From Pirellulales bacterium (GTDB lineage Bacteria; Planctomycetota; Planctomycetia; Pirellulales; UBA1268): 64,000 bases of DNA. Below are positions 17,683-27,676 of this stretch, in pieces. Location of the stretch: contig JADHNY010000003.1 of assembly GCA_016779265.1 (NCBI GenBank), positions 12,741-76,740 on the forward strand, read 5' to 3'. Every line of letters begins with the position of its first letter. The first letter of the stretch is position 1. Position numbers and translations under genes: made by a program. The notes beneath the pieces were generated by a model, which saw only the letters and a list, made by a program, of their open reading frames with translations, did no database searches and was not told the DNA's origin.

Positions 17683-18717
17683 ATGGACAACGCTTTCACG
17701 CCTACCGATCGAGGAGCCTTGCCCCCGCTCCAGCCGGGCCTTTCCCAAGGGGCTGCTGCTCTGCCGGAGAGTCACTGGCCGCAGCACGGGGTGGAAGGAC
17801 GGCAGCTGGTCGACGCGGACGATGGGGGTGAACTTGCCCGTCATCTGGGGGGCGGGCGACGGAGTCGTCCGCACTCGTCGCGGCTCCGGCTGCATCTGCT
17901 GCTGTTTGCGGCCACCTGCCTGACCACGTTTGCCGCAGGAACGGTCGGCTGGCAGCCGGTGATTGCAGGGGTGGATGCAGATCTCGGTGAACAGTTTTCT
18001 CTGCACTGGCAGCGGGGGCTGCTCTACATGGTGTTGGTGATGGCGGTGCTCGCCGCCCATGAAGCGGGGCACTTCATCGCGGCGAGGCTGCATGGCATTC
18101 CAGCCACGCTTCCTTTCTTCATCCCCATCCCGATTCTGCTCACCGGCACGCTCGGTGCGGTGATCGGCATGGAGGGGTCGCGTGCCACACGTCGGCAGCT
18201 GTTTGATATCGCGCTGGCCGGGCCGATCGCAGGGCTCGTGCTCGCGATTCCCTGTCTGGCGGCAGGGATTCTGCTGGCGGCTGAAGATATGACAGGGCCG
18301 TTTGCCATGCCACCTGTCGGTCGCTGGATGATGTCGTTGCTGCGGCCTGACCTCTCACCAATGGCCTCGATCGCCCCCAATCCTGCCTTCATGGCTGGGT
18401 GGGTTGGGATGCTGGTGACGGGGTTGAACATGATCCCCATCAGTCAGCTTGACGGTGGGCATGTGAGCTATGCGATCTTCGGTCGCCGCAGCTGCTGGCT
18501 TGCCCGCGGGATTCTGATTGCCGCGATCAGCACCATCGTGCTCCTGGGCACGATCAACTGGATCGCTCTGGTGGTGATCGTCACGCTCCTGGGTACGGAT
18601 CACCCGCCGGTGCGAGACGATTCTCGCGGGCCGGGTGTGTGGCGGCGTGTCGTCGGGGGCGTGTCCCTGCTGATACCACTGGTCACCTTCATGCCAGAAC
18701 CGCTGGTGCTCAACTAA
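17683..18717 (+). CDS. Site-2 protease (M50) family membrane metalloprotease
   Basis: HExxH in a transmembrane segment (VLAAHEAGHFIAARLHG), a downstream NxxPxxxLDG-like NMIPISQLDGGH, and multiple TM helices. Start set at ATG 17683. Confidence 0.75.
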   Translation: MDNAFTPTDRGALPPLQPGLSQGAAALPESHWPQHGVEGRQLVDADDGGELARHLGGGRRSRPHSSRLRLHLLLFAATCLTTFAAGTVGWQPVIAGVDADLGEQFSLHWQRGLLYMVLVMAVLAAHEAGHFIAARLHGIPATLPFFIPIPILLTGTLGAVIGMEGSRATRRQLFDIALAGPIAGLVLAIPCLAAGILLAAEDMTGPFAMPPVGRWMMSLLRPDLSPMASIAPNPAFMAGWVGMLVTGLNMIPISQLDGGHVSYAIFGRRSCWLARGILIAAISTIVLLGTINWIALVVIVTLLGTDHPPVRDDSRGPGVWRRVVGGVSLLIPLVTFMPEPLVLN

Positions 18718-18787
18718 CACTGTGGTTAACACGGCGGTGGAGAACGCTGCGGTCGAGCGGTCATCCCTCGTCGTATACTGATGTGTT

Positions 18788-19828
18788 ATGAGTCTGCAGA
18801 AGCCTGCCAGCCATTTCTTACGTCAGGACGCATACATGCTTCAGCCATTTCCCTCGCCCGAAGATGAACTGGCCCGGCTTGTCGAGGCCGCCCGCTTCTA
18901 CGACTACCGTGTGGCCTCCAATCCGATGGCGGATGGTGGTGTGCCGGCTGTGCCAGGTGTGCGTTTCCCTGCCTCGCTGCATGAGCAGGGGCCAACCAGG
19001 ATTCTGCCGCTGGAGAACAGTCTGCTCCTCGGCTGTCAGGGGCCGGCGACCACCCCCAGCCTGTCGGCAAACTTCCTGCATGTGCATTCGGGCGATGCCC
19101 TCGCGACAGATGCCAACGCGACCAGTCAGCTGTTTTTTGTGATACGTGGCGAGGGAGTCAGTCGGGTGGCGGATGCTGCGAGCACCGTGATCTCCTGGTC
19201 GGCGGGTGATCTCTTCACACTGCCTGCTGGGAGCCCTGCGACACATGTGGCGGGTGAAGAGACAGCGATCTACTGGGTGCACGATGAGCCGCTGTTACGG
19301 CATCTCGGGGCCGCGGCGACGCAGCAACGCTTTGCTCCGACCCTCTACCGTCATTCAGCCATCCGTGACGCACTCGATGCGGTGCTCAACGATCCAGAGA
19401 GCCGTAAGGCGAATCGGCTCAGTGTGCTCTTGGGGAACCACCTCTTTCCACGGGAGATGACGATCACCCATGTGCTCTGGGCGATGTTCGGCATTCTTCC
19501 CGTCGGTGTTGTCCAAGCACCTCATCGGCATCAGTCGGTCGCGGTTGACTTCGTGGTTGATGCCCAGCCCGGCTGCTACACGATGGTCGGTTCCAAGCTC
19601 GCGGACGACGGATCGATCGCTGATGGTGAACGCTTTGACTGGGAGCCCCACTCGGTGTTCGTCACGCCTCCAGGACTCTGGCATTCCCACCACAATGAAT
19701 CGGGCCAGCCGGCGCACATCCTCCCGATTCAGGATGCAGGACTGCACACCTATCTGCGAACACTCAGCATTCTCTTTAGCCGTCGCACCAGCGATGGTGG
19801 TCACCAGGTGGTCGATGATGCCAGTTAG
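18788..19828 (+). CDS. Bicupin protein (gentisate-1,2-dioxygenase-like)
   Basis: Two cupin modules. C-terminal metal motif APHRHQSVAVDFVVD ... PHSVFVTPPGLWHSHHNES. N-terminal module LFFVIRGEG...GDLFTLPAG. Confidence 0.5.
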   Translation: MSLQKPASHFLRQDAYMLQPFPSPEDELARLVEAARFYDYRVASNPMADGGVPAVPGVRFPASLHEQGPTRILPLENSLLLGCQGPATTPSLSANFLHVHSGDALATDANATSQLFFVIRGEGVSRVADAASTVISWSAGDLFTLPAGSPATHVAGEETAIYWVHDEPLLRHLGAAATQQRFAPTLYRHSAIRDALDAVLNDPESRKANRLSVLLGNHLFPREMTITHVLWAMFGILPVGVVQAPHRHQSVAVDFVVDAQPGCYTMVGSKLADDGSIADGERFDWEPHSVFVTPPGLWHSHHNESGQPAHILPIQDAGLHTYLRTLSILFSRRTSDGGHQVVDDAS

Positions 19829-19861
19829 GGCGATGCTGTTCCGAAGATGACGGAAAAGGTG

Positions 19862-21520
19862 TTACGGCACCATCCATGCCAGCGGGCCAGCCTGAAGCCA
19901 GACCAGCACGCCCATCAAGGCAGCCAAGGCCAGTGAGTGTGGGAACACCCGACGCAGGATCGCTCCTTCCTGACGGGCCACCCCAGTGGCAGTGGCGGAG
20001 ACGACAATGCTCTGGGCGTCGATCATCTTCCCCATCACGCCGCCGGTGCTGTTGGCAGTGCAGGTGAGGAGTGGGTTCAGGCCGAGTTGCTCTGCGGTGA
20101 CCCGCTGCAGGCTGCCAAACATGGCGTTGCTGGAGGTGTCGCTGCCGGTCAGGGCCACACCGAGCCAGCCAAGCAGTGGCGCGAAGAAAGCGTAGGCAGG
20201 TCCGGTGGTTGTCAGGGCAAGTCCAAGGGTGACGTCGGTGCCGGAGTAGCGGGTGACAAAGGCCAGGGCGAGCATCGCGGCAATCGTGGCAAGTGACGGG
20301 AAGAGTCGCCGCAGGGTCGCCAGGAACAGGCTCCCTGCCCGCAGCCAGCTGATGCCAAGCCAGGGCACCGAGACGATCGCGGCGACGGCGATTCCGGTTC
20401 CGGCGGCGGAGAGGTAGTTGAAGCGGTAGACAGCCCGTTCGATCTCTCGCTCCTCCAGCGTGGCAGGAGGCACCTTCGCCACTCTCCCATCGAGGCGTGG
20501 CACGCTGATTTCAGGCAGGGGGGCAAGCCGATCGAGTGTCTGCTTCACAGGCGGCAGCCCCCAGCAGAAAACTGCGAGGGAAAGAAACACCCACGGCATC
20601 CAGGCCCAGGCAATGCGACCCGCAGGATCGGGTGCCTTCTCGCTCGCTGAAGTTTCGGCACTGGATGGTGGGACTGTAGCGTGGGCGTGCCGCCAGGGCG
20701 TGGCGGGCTGCCAAAACTGCAAGAAGGTTGCCACGCAGGCGAGGCTGGCGATTCCACCGACCACATCGACCAGGCTCGGTCCGACAAAGTTCGCCAGAGC
20801 AAACTGGATTGAGGCGAAGGAGACACCACAGACGGCCACCACGGGCCAGACGCCGATGAGCCCGCGCCAGCCGCTCATGGCGATCACCATCCAGGCCGGC
20901 ACGATGAGTGAGAAGAAGGGAAGCTGGCGGCCGGCGAGCGCGGAGATCGCGTGTTCCTCGAGGCCTGTCACCTTGGCGAGCGTGATGATCGGTGTGCCAA
21001 GCGCTCCGAAGGCGACAGGAGCCGTGTTGGCGAGAAGAGCGATGCAGGCTGCCTCAAAGGCCGGAAAGCCGGTGGCGGCCAGCAGGGCTGCGGTGATGGC
21101 CACCGGTGCTCCAAAGCCTGCCGCGCCCTCCAGGAATGCACCAAAACAGAAAGCAATCAGGAGAGCCTGCACGCGGTGGTCGGCAGAGAGTCTGATGACC
21201 GAGCGTTGCATCACGTCGAGGGCTCCTGCTTCGACGGAGAGGGCGTAGAGAAACATCGCTGCGAGAATGATCCAGCCGATCGGGAAGAGCCCAAAGGCGG
21301 CCCCGTAGGCTGCTGCTGCGGCGGCCGCATCGGCGGGCATTCCCACCACCCCAATCGCGATCGCAAACGCTGTAGCGAGCCCTGCGGCTGCCGCCCGGGC
21401 CGCACTCCAGCCGGCAAAGGCGAGGAGCCCAAGCAACACTGCCAGTGGCAGCACCGCCACCAGCGTCGAGAGCAGCATGGAGCCAAACGGGTCGTAGACA
21501 TGCAGCCAGACGGCATCCAT
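19862..21520 (-). CDS. lctP: L-lactate permease (LctP family)
   Basis: 552 aa, highly hydrophobic. N-terminus YDPFGSMLLSTLVAVLPLAVLLGLLAF and the ...GSDTSSNAMFGSLQ... signature are typical of LctP. Confidence 0.8.
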   Translation of the reverse strand: MDAVWLHVYDPFGSMLLSTLVAVLPLAVLLGLLAFAGWSAARAAAAGLATAFAIAIGVVGMPADAAAAAAAYGAAFGLFPIGWIILAAMFLYALSVEAGALDVMQRSVIRLSADHRVQALLIAFCFGAFLEGAAGFGAPVAITAALLAATGFPAFEAACIALLANTAPVAFGALGTPIITLAKVTGLEEHAISALAGRQLPFFSLIVPAWMVIAMSGWRGLIGVWPVVAVCGVSFASIQFALANFVGPSLVDVVGGIASLACVATFLQFWQPATPWRHAHATVPPSSAETSASEKAPDPAGRIAWAWMPWVFLSLAVFCWGLPPVKQTLDRLAPLPEISVPRLDGRVAKVPPATLEEREIERAVYRFNYLSAAGTGIAVAAIVSVPWLGISWLRAGSLFLATLRRLFPSLATIAAMLALAFVTRYSGTDVTLGLALTTTGPAYAFFAPLLGWLGVALTGSDTSSNAMFGSLQRVTAEQLGLNPLLTCTANSTGGVMGKMIDAQSIVVSATATGVARQEGAILRRVFPHSLALAALMGVLVWLQAGPLAWMVP

Positions 21521-21712
21521 AGCGTGGGTTCCTCTACTGGCTGCGGCGTGTGTGGGAGACGAGAACGCCGCGGATTGGGACGGGAATGCCGATTATGGTG
21601 CGTCCCGGCCACGCAAGCGACAAGGTGTGCTGCGGCTCCGAGGGCGAGCCGACCCAGTCTGGTTGGTACACTCAGTAGAGGACTGGCGCGGGCAGGAACC
21701 GCGTCTTGGGGA

Positions 21713-24253
21713 ATGCGAGACGCTGCTGGAGCCCCCGCCATGCGATCCGCCATGACATGCTGTGCAGGTGTCGGTAGACAGCTTGTATTCCTGTCGTTTC
21801 TGTGCGGGATGCTATGGGGTGCCGCTCGGGCGGTGGGCGTGCACTCCGTTCAGGCGGCGGAGGAGTCGCCGCCGTCACCTGCGTTCACCGCCGACACCTT
21901 CCGTGAGCAGATTGCCCCTCTGCTGAAAGCTCGCTGTCAGGAGTGTCATGGAGCCGACGCTCAAGAAGGTAGCCTCCGCCTCGACACGCACGCAGGGCTT
22001 CGTGCAGGTGGCGGCACCGGGCCTGTGATTGCGCCCGGTTCTGCAGACACCAGCCTGCTGGTGCAGGCGGTGCGGCGGATCGATGAGCAGCTGGCCATGC
22101 CGCCTGACGATCCGTTGACTGCAGATGAGGTGGCCCTGCTTGCCGCTTGGATCGATGCAGGGGCGCCGCATCCAATGGGGTCGCTCGAACCGGTGGCCTC
22201 GCAGCCTGATCGGCTTGCAGCCCGTGATCACTGGGCCTTCGCTCCGTTGACCCGACCGCCCCTTCCCTCAGGCACTGAAGGCCATCCGATCGATCGCTTC
22301 CTGGCTGGCCCACTGGCTCAAGCTGGCCTCGAGCCCACGCCGCAGGCAGACCCGGCCACCCTGGTGAGACGGCTTGCGTATGACCTGACGGGGCTTCCTC
22401 CAACCCCTGACATGATTGATGGGTTCGTCGCGGATCCGTCTGCAGACGCGTTGGCGGACCTCGTCGACAGCCTGCTCGCCTCGCCTCGCTACGGTGAGCG
22501 ATGGGGGCGACACTGGCTCGACGTGGTGCGGTATGCCGACTCTAACGGCCTCGATGAGAACGTCGCCCACGGCAACGCGTGGCGGTATCGCGACTATGTG
22601 ATTGCGGCGTTGAACGCAGATAAGCCCTTTGATGCGTTTGTCCGTGAACAGCTCGCTGGCGATCTTCTCGTCACGGATACCGACACTCCCGAGCGGAAGG
22701 CTGAACTGCTCACTGCCACCGGCTTCCTGGTGCTTGGTCCCAAGGTGCTTGCTGAGGGGGACGAGACCAAACTGCAGATGGACATCATTGATGAGCAGAT
22801 CGATACAGCTGGCAAGGCGTTTCTCGGCCTGGCCTTGGGCTGTGCCCGATGTCATGACCACAAGTTTGATCCGGTGAGTCAGGCCGACTACTACGCAATG
22901 GCTGGGATCTTCCAGAGCACCCGCACGATGGAGTCGCTCGCTCGGATTGCGAAGTGGAACGAGAACCTGATCGCGTCACCTGCCGAGCAGGAGGCCCATG
23001 CGGCTCACCAGCAGCGAGTCGACCAGGCCAAAGAGGCGGTCGCCGCGTTTCTCACCCAGACACGTGAGTCGTTGGCCGCTGGCGGTGAAGCAGAGGAGAC
23101 GCCGGCTCCGGCTGAGATTGCTGAAGACGCCTTTCCCGAGGACGCGAAGGTCGAACTGGCCGCGCTGCGGGCTGCCCAGAAGCAACTCGAAGAGACGCTC
23201 CCGGAGCTGGCAACAGCGATGGGGGTCGTCGATGCAGAGCCGAAAGTGACCCCGATCCATCTCCGCGGCAGCCATCTCACGCTCGGTCGAGAGGTGCCCC
23301 GCGGGGTGCCGGTTGTCCTCGAACTCGATGGGCCAGTGGCGATCCCGGCTGAGGCGAGTGGCCGACAGCAGATGGCCGAATGGCTGACAGATCCCAGGCA
23401 TCCGCTCACAGCACGGGTGATCGTCAACCGCGTCTGGCGGTGGCATTTTGGACGTGGGCTGGTGGCATCGGTCGACAACTTTGGCACGACTGGCGAGCCA
23501 CCGACAAATGCGGCCCTGCTCGACTGGCTGGCGGTGGAGCTGGTGGAGTCGGGCTGGTCTCTCAAAGCCCTGCATCGGCTGATCCTCGCAAGCGCCGCCT
23601 GGCAGCGGTCAAGTGACCGTCTGGCTACGCCGACGGCCGCCATCGCTGCTGAACGTGATCCCGACAATCGGCTCTGGTGGCGAGCCGAACTGAGGCGGCT
23701 GGACGCTGAGTCGGTTCGCGATGCCATGCTGTCGGTTTCTGGTGAACTCGACCTCACGATGGGTGGCTCAATGCTGCATGTCGGGAACCGTGAGTTTCTC
23801 TTCGACCACACCAGCAAAGATGAGACTGACTACGACGTGCCGCGCCGAAGCGTCTACCTGCCGGTGATTCGCAACCACATTCAAGATGCCCTCTGGCTCT
23901 TTGACTGCACCGACGGCGCGGTGCCCGATGGCGACCGGGCGACCTCGACGATTGCCTCGCAGGCGCTCTGGCTGCTCAATGCGGAGCTGCCGATGCATGC
24001 GGCGGAGCAGATCGCAGCCGACATCCTGGCCGCAGCGGCCAACGATCAGAAGATGCAGGCACAGCTGGTGTTTCGTCGTGTCCTTGGCCGGATGCCAGCA
24101 GAGGGAGAGGCTGCTTGGTTTGCGTCGCGGGTGGAGGCGATTGGATCGCTGCTCGCGGAAGATGCGACATCGGCAGAGGTGCGAGAAAAGGCTGCACTGG
24201 CCGCGGCGACTCAGGCCCTGTTGATGAGCGAACAGTTTCTGGTGGTGCGGTAG
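21713..24253 (+). CDS. PSCyt1/DUF1549/DUF1553 (PSD1) domain protein
   Basis: Heme-binding-like CQECHG in LLKARCQECHGADAQEGSLRLDT, then the DUF1549 region (HWAFAPL..P) and C-terminal DUF1553 (CARCHDHKFDP). The track ORF start (20951) overlaps lctP, so the start was moved to ATG 21713; 21740 and 21752 are also possible. Confidence 0.8.
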   Translation: MRDAAGAPAMRSAMTCCAGVGRQLVFLSFLCGMLWGAARAVGVHSVQAAEESPPSPAFTADTFREQIAPLLKARCQECHGADAQEGSLRLDTHAGLRAGGGTGPVIAPGSADTSLLVQAVRRIDEQLAMPPDDPLTADEVALLAAWIDAGAPHPMGSLEPVASQPDRLAARDHWAFAPLTRPPLPSGTEGHPIDRFLAGPLAQAGLEPTPQADPATLVRRLAYDLTGLPPTPDMIDGFVADPSADALADLVDSLLASPRYGERWGRHWLDVVRYADSNGLDENVAHGNAWRYRDYVIAALNADKPFDAFVREQLAGDLLVTDTDTPERKAELLTATGFLVLGPKVLAEGDETKLQMDIIDEQIDTAGKAFLGLALGCARCHDHKFDPVSQADYYAMAGIFQSTRTMESLARIAKWNENLIASPAEQEAHAAHQQRVDQAKEAVAAFLTQTRESLAAGGEAEETPAPAEIAEDAFPEDAKVELAALRAAQKQLEETLPELATAMGVVDAEPKVTPIHLRGSHLTLGREVPRGVPVVLELDGPVAIPAEASGRQQMAEWLTDPRHPLTARVIVNRVWRWHFGRGLVASVDNFGTTGEPPTNAALLDWLAVELVESGWSLKALHRLILASAAWQRSSDRLATPTAAIAAERDPDNRLWWRAELRRLDAESVRDAMLSVSGELDLTMGGSMLHVGNREFLFDHTSKDETDYDVPRRSVYLPVIRNHIQDALWLFDCTDGAVPDGDRATSTIASQALWLLNAELPMHAAEQIAADILAAAANDQKMQAQLVFRRVLGRMPAEGEAAWFASRVEAIGSLLAEDATSAEVREKAALAAATQALLMSEQFLVVR

Positions 24254-24379
24254 GGCCGGCGTGCTGCACGCAACCGTGAGGTGCGGCTGTTCGAGATGTG
24301 GCGAGAGCGGCGGGGTAGGAACTGAACTGAACAGCGAGCTGAGCAGTAAACGCGGCAGCAACCCGTCGAGAAACGGTCT

Positions 24380-25792
24380 GTGGAGATGATGGCAATGTGG
24401 CAGCAGCGAGTCAGCAGACGAGAGGCCCTCTCGCAGTCGGCCGTGGGCTTCGGCTGGCTGGCAGCGTCAGCCCTGCTGAGTCGGGCGTCGTCGGCAGATG
24501 GACTCTCGGACTACCGCCTTCCTGCTCGTGCCCGCCGGGTGATCTTCATGTTCATGAAGGGGGGGCCGTCGCAGGTCGATACCTTTGACCCGAAGCCCAA
24601 GCTCGATGCCGACCATGGCAAAGAGCTGCCGTTTGCAAAGCCCAGAGTTCAGTTCGCTAAGACTGGCGTGCTGCTGAAGAGCCCATGGAAGTTCACGCAG
24701 TACGGGCAGAGCGGTAGCCCGGTGAGCGAGCTCTTTCCGCATGTCGCGCAGCATGTCGATGACATCTGTTTCCTGCATGGTGTGCATGGCACCAATGCCG
24801 CTCATGGCGGTGCTGCTCTCAAGCTTCATACCGGCAGTGACACGTTTGTTCGTCCCGGTATGGGTGCCTGGGTGAACTATGGCCTCGGCAGTGAAAATGA
24901 GAACCTGCCCGGCTTTATCACAATCTGTCCAACGCTGGCTCATGGTGGCGTGAACAACTGGGGGGCGGCGTTTTTACCGGCGGAGTGCCAGGGTGTGCCT
25001 ATGGGGGTCGCCTCGAGGCCGGCAAGTGAAGCGGCTGTGAAGTACATTGCCAACCCCCGTCTGTCCCGGCAGGCCCAGCGTCTACAGATTGAGATGCTGC
25101 GAGATCTGGCCGAGCGTGGTGCCTCTCATGAAGCACGTCCGTCACCACTGGTGGAGGCGCAGCTGAAGAGTTTCGAACTCGCCTTCCGGATGCAGACGGA
25201 GCTGCCCGAGATTCAGGACCTCTCCGGCGAGACTGCCGAAACACTCGCGCTCTACGGAATTGGTGACCCCGTCACGGACGACTTTGGCCGGCAGTGTTTG
25301 CTCGCACGACGGTTTGCTGAGGCGGGGGTCCGCTTTATTCAGGTGACCCACAGCGACTCGAAGGTGCAGTGGGATCAGCATGCCGACCTCCGCGAGGGGC
25401 ATGCCGAGAAGGCTTCGGAAGTCGACAAGCCGATTGCAGGCCTGCTTGCGGACCTCAAGCGGCGTGGTCTGCTTGAAGACACGCTGGTGCTCTGGGGAGG
25501 CGAGTTTGGCCGGACGCCGGTGGCGCAGGCGACCGAGAATGGCCGGGACCACAACCCTGAAGGCTTCACCATGTGGATGGCGGGTGGTGGGGTTCGCGGC
25601 GGCTTCCGCTACGGCAGTACCGATGACTACGGCTACTACGCGACCGAAAATGCGATGCATATCCATGACGTGCATGCGACGATGCTGGCTCTGCTGGGCA
25701 TCGATCATGAGCGGCTCACCTACCGCTATGCAGGACGGGATTTCCGTCTCACCGATGTGGCGGGCAAGGTGCACGATGCCATCTTTGCCTGA
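24380..25792 (+). CDS. DUF1501 domain protein (sulfatase-fold, Tat-type leader)
   Basis: SRREALSQSAVGFGWLAASALL leader and LVLWGGEFGRTP signature. Typical partner gene of DUF1549/DUF1553 proteins. Confidence 0.8.
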   Translation: MEMMAMWQQRVSRREALSQSAVGFGWLAASALLSRASSADGLSDYRLPARARRVIFMFMKGGPSQVDTFDPKPKLDADHGKELPFAKPRVQFAKTGVLLKSPWKFTQYGQSGSPVSELFPHVAQHVDDICFLHGVHGTNAAHGGAALKLHTGSDTFVRPGMGAWVNYGLGSENENLPGFITICPTLAHGGVNNWGAAFLPAECQGVPMGVASRPASEAAVKYIANPRLSRQAQRLQIEMLRDLAERGASHEARPSPLVEAQLKSFELAFRMQTELPEIQDLSGETAETLALYGIGDPVTDDFGRQCLLARRFAEAGVRFIQVTHSDSKVQWDQHADLREGHAEKASEVDKPIAGLLADLKRRGLLEDTLVLWGGEFGRTPVAQATENGRDHNPEGFTMWMAGGGVRGGFRYGSTDDYGYYATENAMHIHDVHATMLALLGIDHERLTYRYAGRDFRLTDVAGKVHDAIFA

Positions 25793-25806
25793 TGCCATCT
25801 TTGCCT
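25775..25806. repeat. Perfect 16-bp tandem duplication spanning the DUF1501 stop codon
   Basis: GATGCCATCTTTGCCT at 25775-25790 and again at 25791-25806. The stop TGA at 25790-25792 bridges the junction. Confidence 0.9.
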
Positions 25807-25987
25807 GAGGATGACACGCCTTTTGTCCTCGGCTGCACGCAGGCGGAAATCGGGGTAGTCTGCTACCGTTCGTTGGTTGCCCGCTGGCTCGTCACGAGCG
25901 GCTGCTCCTTCGGCTTTGTTTGATGCGGGGATGAAGTAATGCGGGGATTAAGTGTGGTAGAGCAAAACGCTCACAGGGGGACTCGGG

Positions 25988-27655
25988 ATGTGGCCGTTCG
26001 TTCAGGGTGGCGGAATGCGTGAGCAGCGACTTTTCAGCGGGCTGGTGGCCGCTGTGGTGTGGGTTATGGTGGCCGTGGCAGGTGTGGCGACGGCAGCCGA
26101 GAAAGCCAGCCGTCCCAACATCGTGTTCATCTTCAGTGATGACCACGCACCACACGCGATCGGCGCCTACAACGGCTGGCTGAAGTCGGTAAACCCCACC
26201 CCCAACATCGACGCACTTGCAGCCTCCGGCATGCTGTTTCGCAACAGCTTCTGCACGAACTCGATCTGTGGCCCAAGCCGTGCTGTGATTCAGACAGGCA
26301 AGCACAGCCACAAGAACGGCTTCATGAACAACGGCAACTCGTTTGACTGGAATCAGCAGACCTTTCCCAAGCTGCTTCAGCAGGCGGGTTACACGACGGC
26401 CATTTTTGGGAAGTCGCATCTCAAGGGCGAACCTCAAGGCTACGACGACTGGAAGGTGTTGCCTGGCCAGGGGCTCTACTACAACCCAGATCTGATTACC
26501 CCAGAGGGACGCGTGCGTGTGGAGGGGCACTGCACGGATGTGGTGACCGATCTGGCGGTCGAATGGCTCACCGAGGGACGCGATGGTGAGAAGCCGTTCA
26601 TGCTGATGGTTCAGCACAAGGCGCCGCATCGCAACTGGATGCCGGCCCTGCGACACCTCTCTCTCTACGATGATGTTGAGATGCCAGAGCCCAACACACT
26701 CTTTGACAAGTGGCATGACAACGCGCCACCGGCCCGGTTCCAAGAGTTGGAAATCGACCGGCATATGCATCTCAACTTTGATCTGTTTGTTGACCTCACG
26801 CCCGACTTTGACGGAAACGCGCAGGAAGGCGGCACCGACCGCTCCGCCTGGCAAAACATGAAAAGGATGTCTCAGGAGCAGCTGGCCGCGTGGCGTGGTT
26901 TTTACGGACCTCGCGACAAGGCGTTTCATGAGGCCGAGCTTTCGGCTGACGGACTCGTTCGCTGGAAGTATCAGCGGTATGTGAAGAACTACCTGCGGTG
27001 TGTGCGGGGCGTTGACGAGAGTGTGGGCACGTTGATGAAGACGCTCGACGAACTCGATCTCGCAGACAACACCGTCGTGGTCTACTCGTCGGATCAAGGC
27101 TTCTACATCGGCGACCACGGCTGGTACGACAAGCGGTGGATGTACGAAGAGTCGCTGAAGATGCCGCTGATCGTGAAGTGGCCGGGCGTGACGAAGTCGG
27201 GCGCTGTCAACGAAGACCTCGTACAGAATCTCGACTACGCAGAGACTTTCCTGGAGATGGCAGGGGCCGCAGTTCCTGATGACATGCAGGGCAGATCACT
27301 TGTGCCGCTGCTCGCCGGCGACACGCCAGACGACTGGCGGGAGAGTATCTACTACCACTACTACGAGTATCCCAGTGTGCATATGGTGCCGCGGCACTAC
27401 GGTGTTCGAAACGACCGCTACAAGCTGATGCACTTCTATCAGTTTGATGAGTGGGAGTTCTATGACCTCGAGACCGACCCTGATGAACTGCAGAATCTCT
27501 ATGAGGATCCCAACTACGCGGATGAGATCGCAGCGATGAAGGTTGAGCTCGAGCGACTGCGGACACACTACGAAGATGACAGCGACGTCAGAGAGCTGCC
27601 GGAGCCTCGTCAGCAGGAGCTGCGATCGCCAGCCACCATTACTCGGGCCGGGTAG
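25988..27655 (+). CDS. Cys-type sulfatase (arylsulfatase A family)
   Basis: PNIVFIFSDDHA and the formylglycine motif SICGPSRAVIQTGKHSHKNG (CxPxR), with a signal peptide. ATG 26015 (MREQRLFSG...) is an equally plausible start. Confidence 0.85.
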   Translation: MWPFVQGGGMREQRLFSGLVAAVVWVMVAVAGVATAAEKASRPNIVFIFSDDHAPHAIGAYNGWLKSVNPTPNIDALAASGMLFRNSFCTNSICGPSRAVIQTGKHSHKNGFMNNGNSFDWNQQTFPKLLQQAGYTTAIFGKSHLKGEPQGYDDWKVLPGQGLYYNPDLITPEGRVRVEGHCTDVVTDLAVEWLTEGRDGEKPFMLMVQHKAPHRNWMPALRHLSLYDDVEMPEPNTLFDKWHDNAPPARFQELEIDRHMHLNFDLFVDLTPDFDGNAQEGGTDRSAWQNMKRMSQEQLAAWRGFYGPRDKAFHEAELSADGLVRWKYQRYVKNYLRCVRGVDESVGTLMKTLDELDLADNTVVVYSSDQGFYIGDHGWYDKRWMYEESLKMPLIVKWPGVTKSGAVNEDLVQNLDYAETFLEMAGAAVPDDMQGRSLVPLLAGDTPDDWRESIYYHYYEYPSVHMVPRHYGVRNDRYKLMHFYQFDEWEFYDLETDPDELQNLYEDPNYADEIAAMKVELERLRTHYEDDSDVRELPEPRQQELRSPATITRAG

Positions 27656-27676
27656 GCATGACCTCCGCAGCAGTGT

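Noticed and set aside
20951-21712. N-terminal 254 codons of the 1100-aa track ORF (PSCyt/DUF1549/DUF1553)
   Set aside because: This part overlaps the lctP coding region antisense and is Cys/Arg/Gly-rich junk. The real protein starts with a signal-like segment near 21713.
25892-27118. 408-aa ORF antisense to the sulfatase gene
   Set aside because: It is a shadow ORF opposite a gene with clear sulfatase motifs. The translation is low-complexity (H/R/V-rich).
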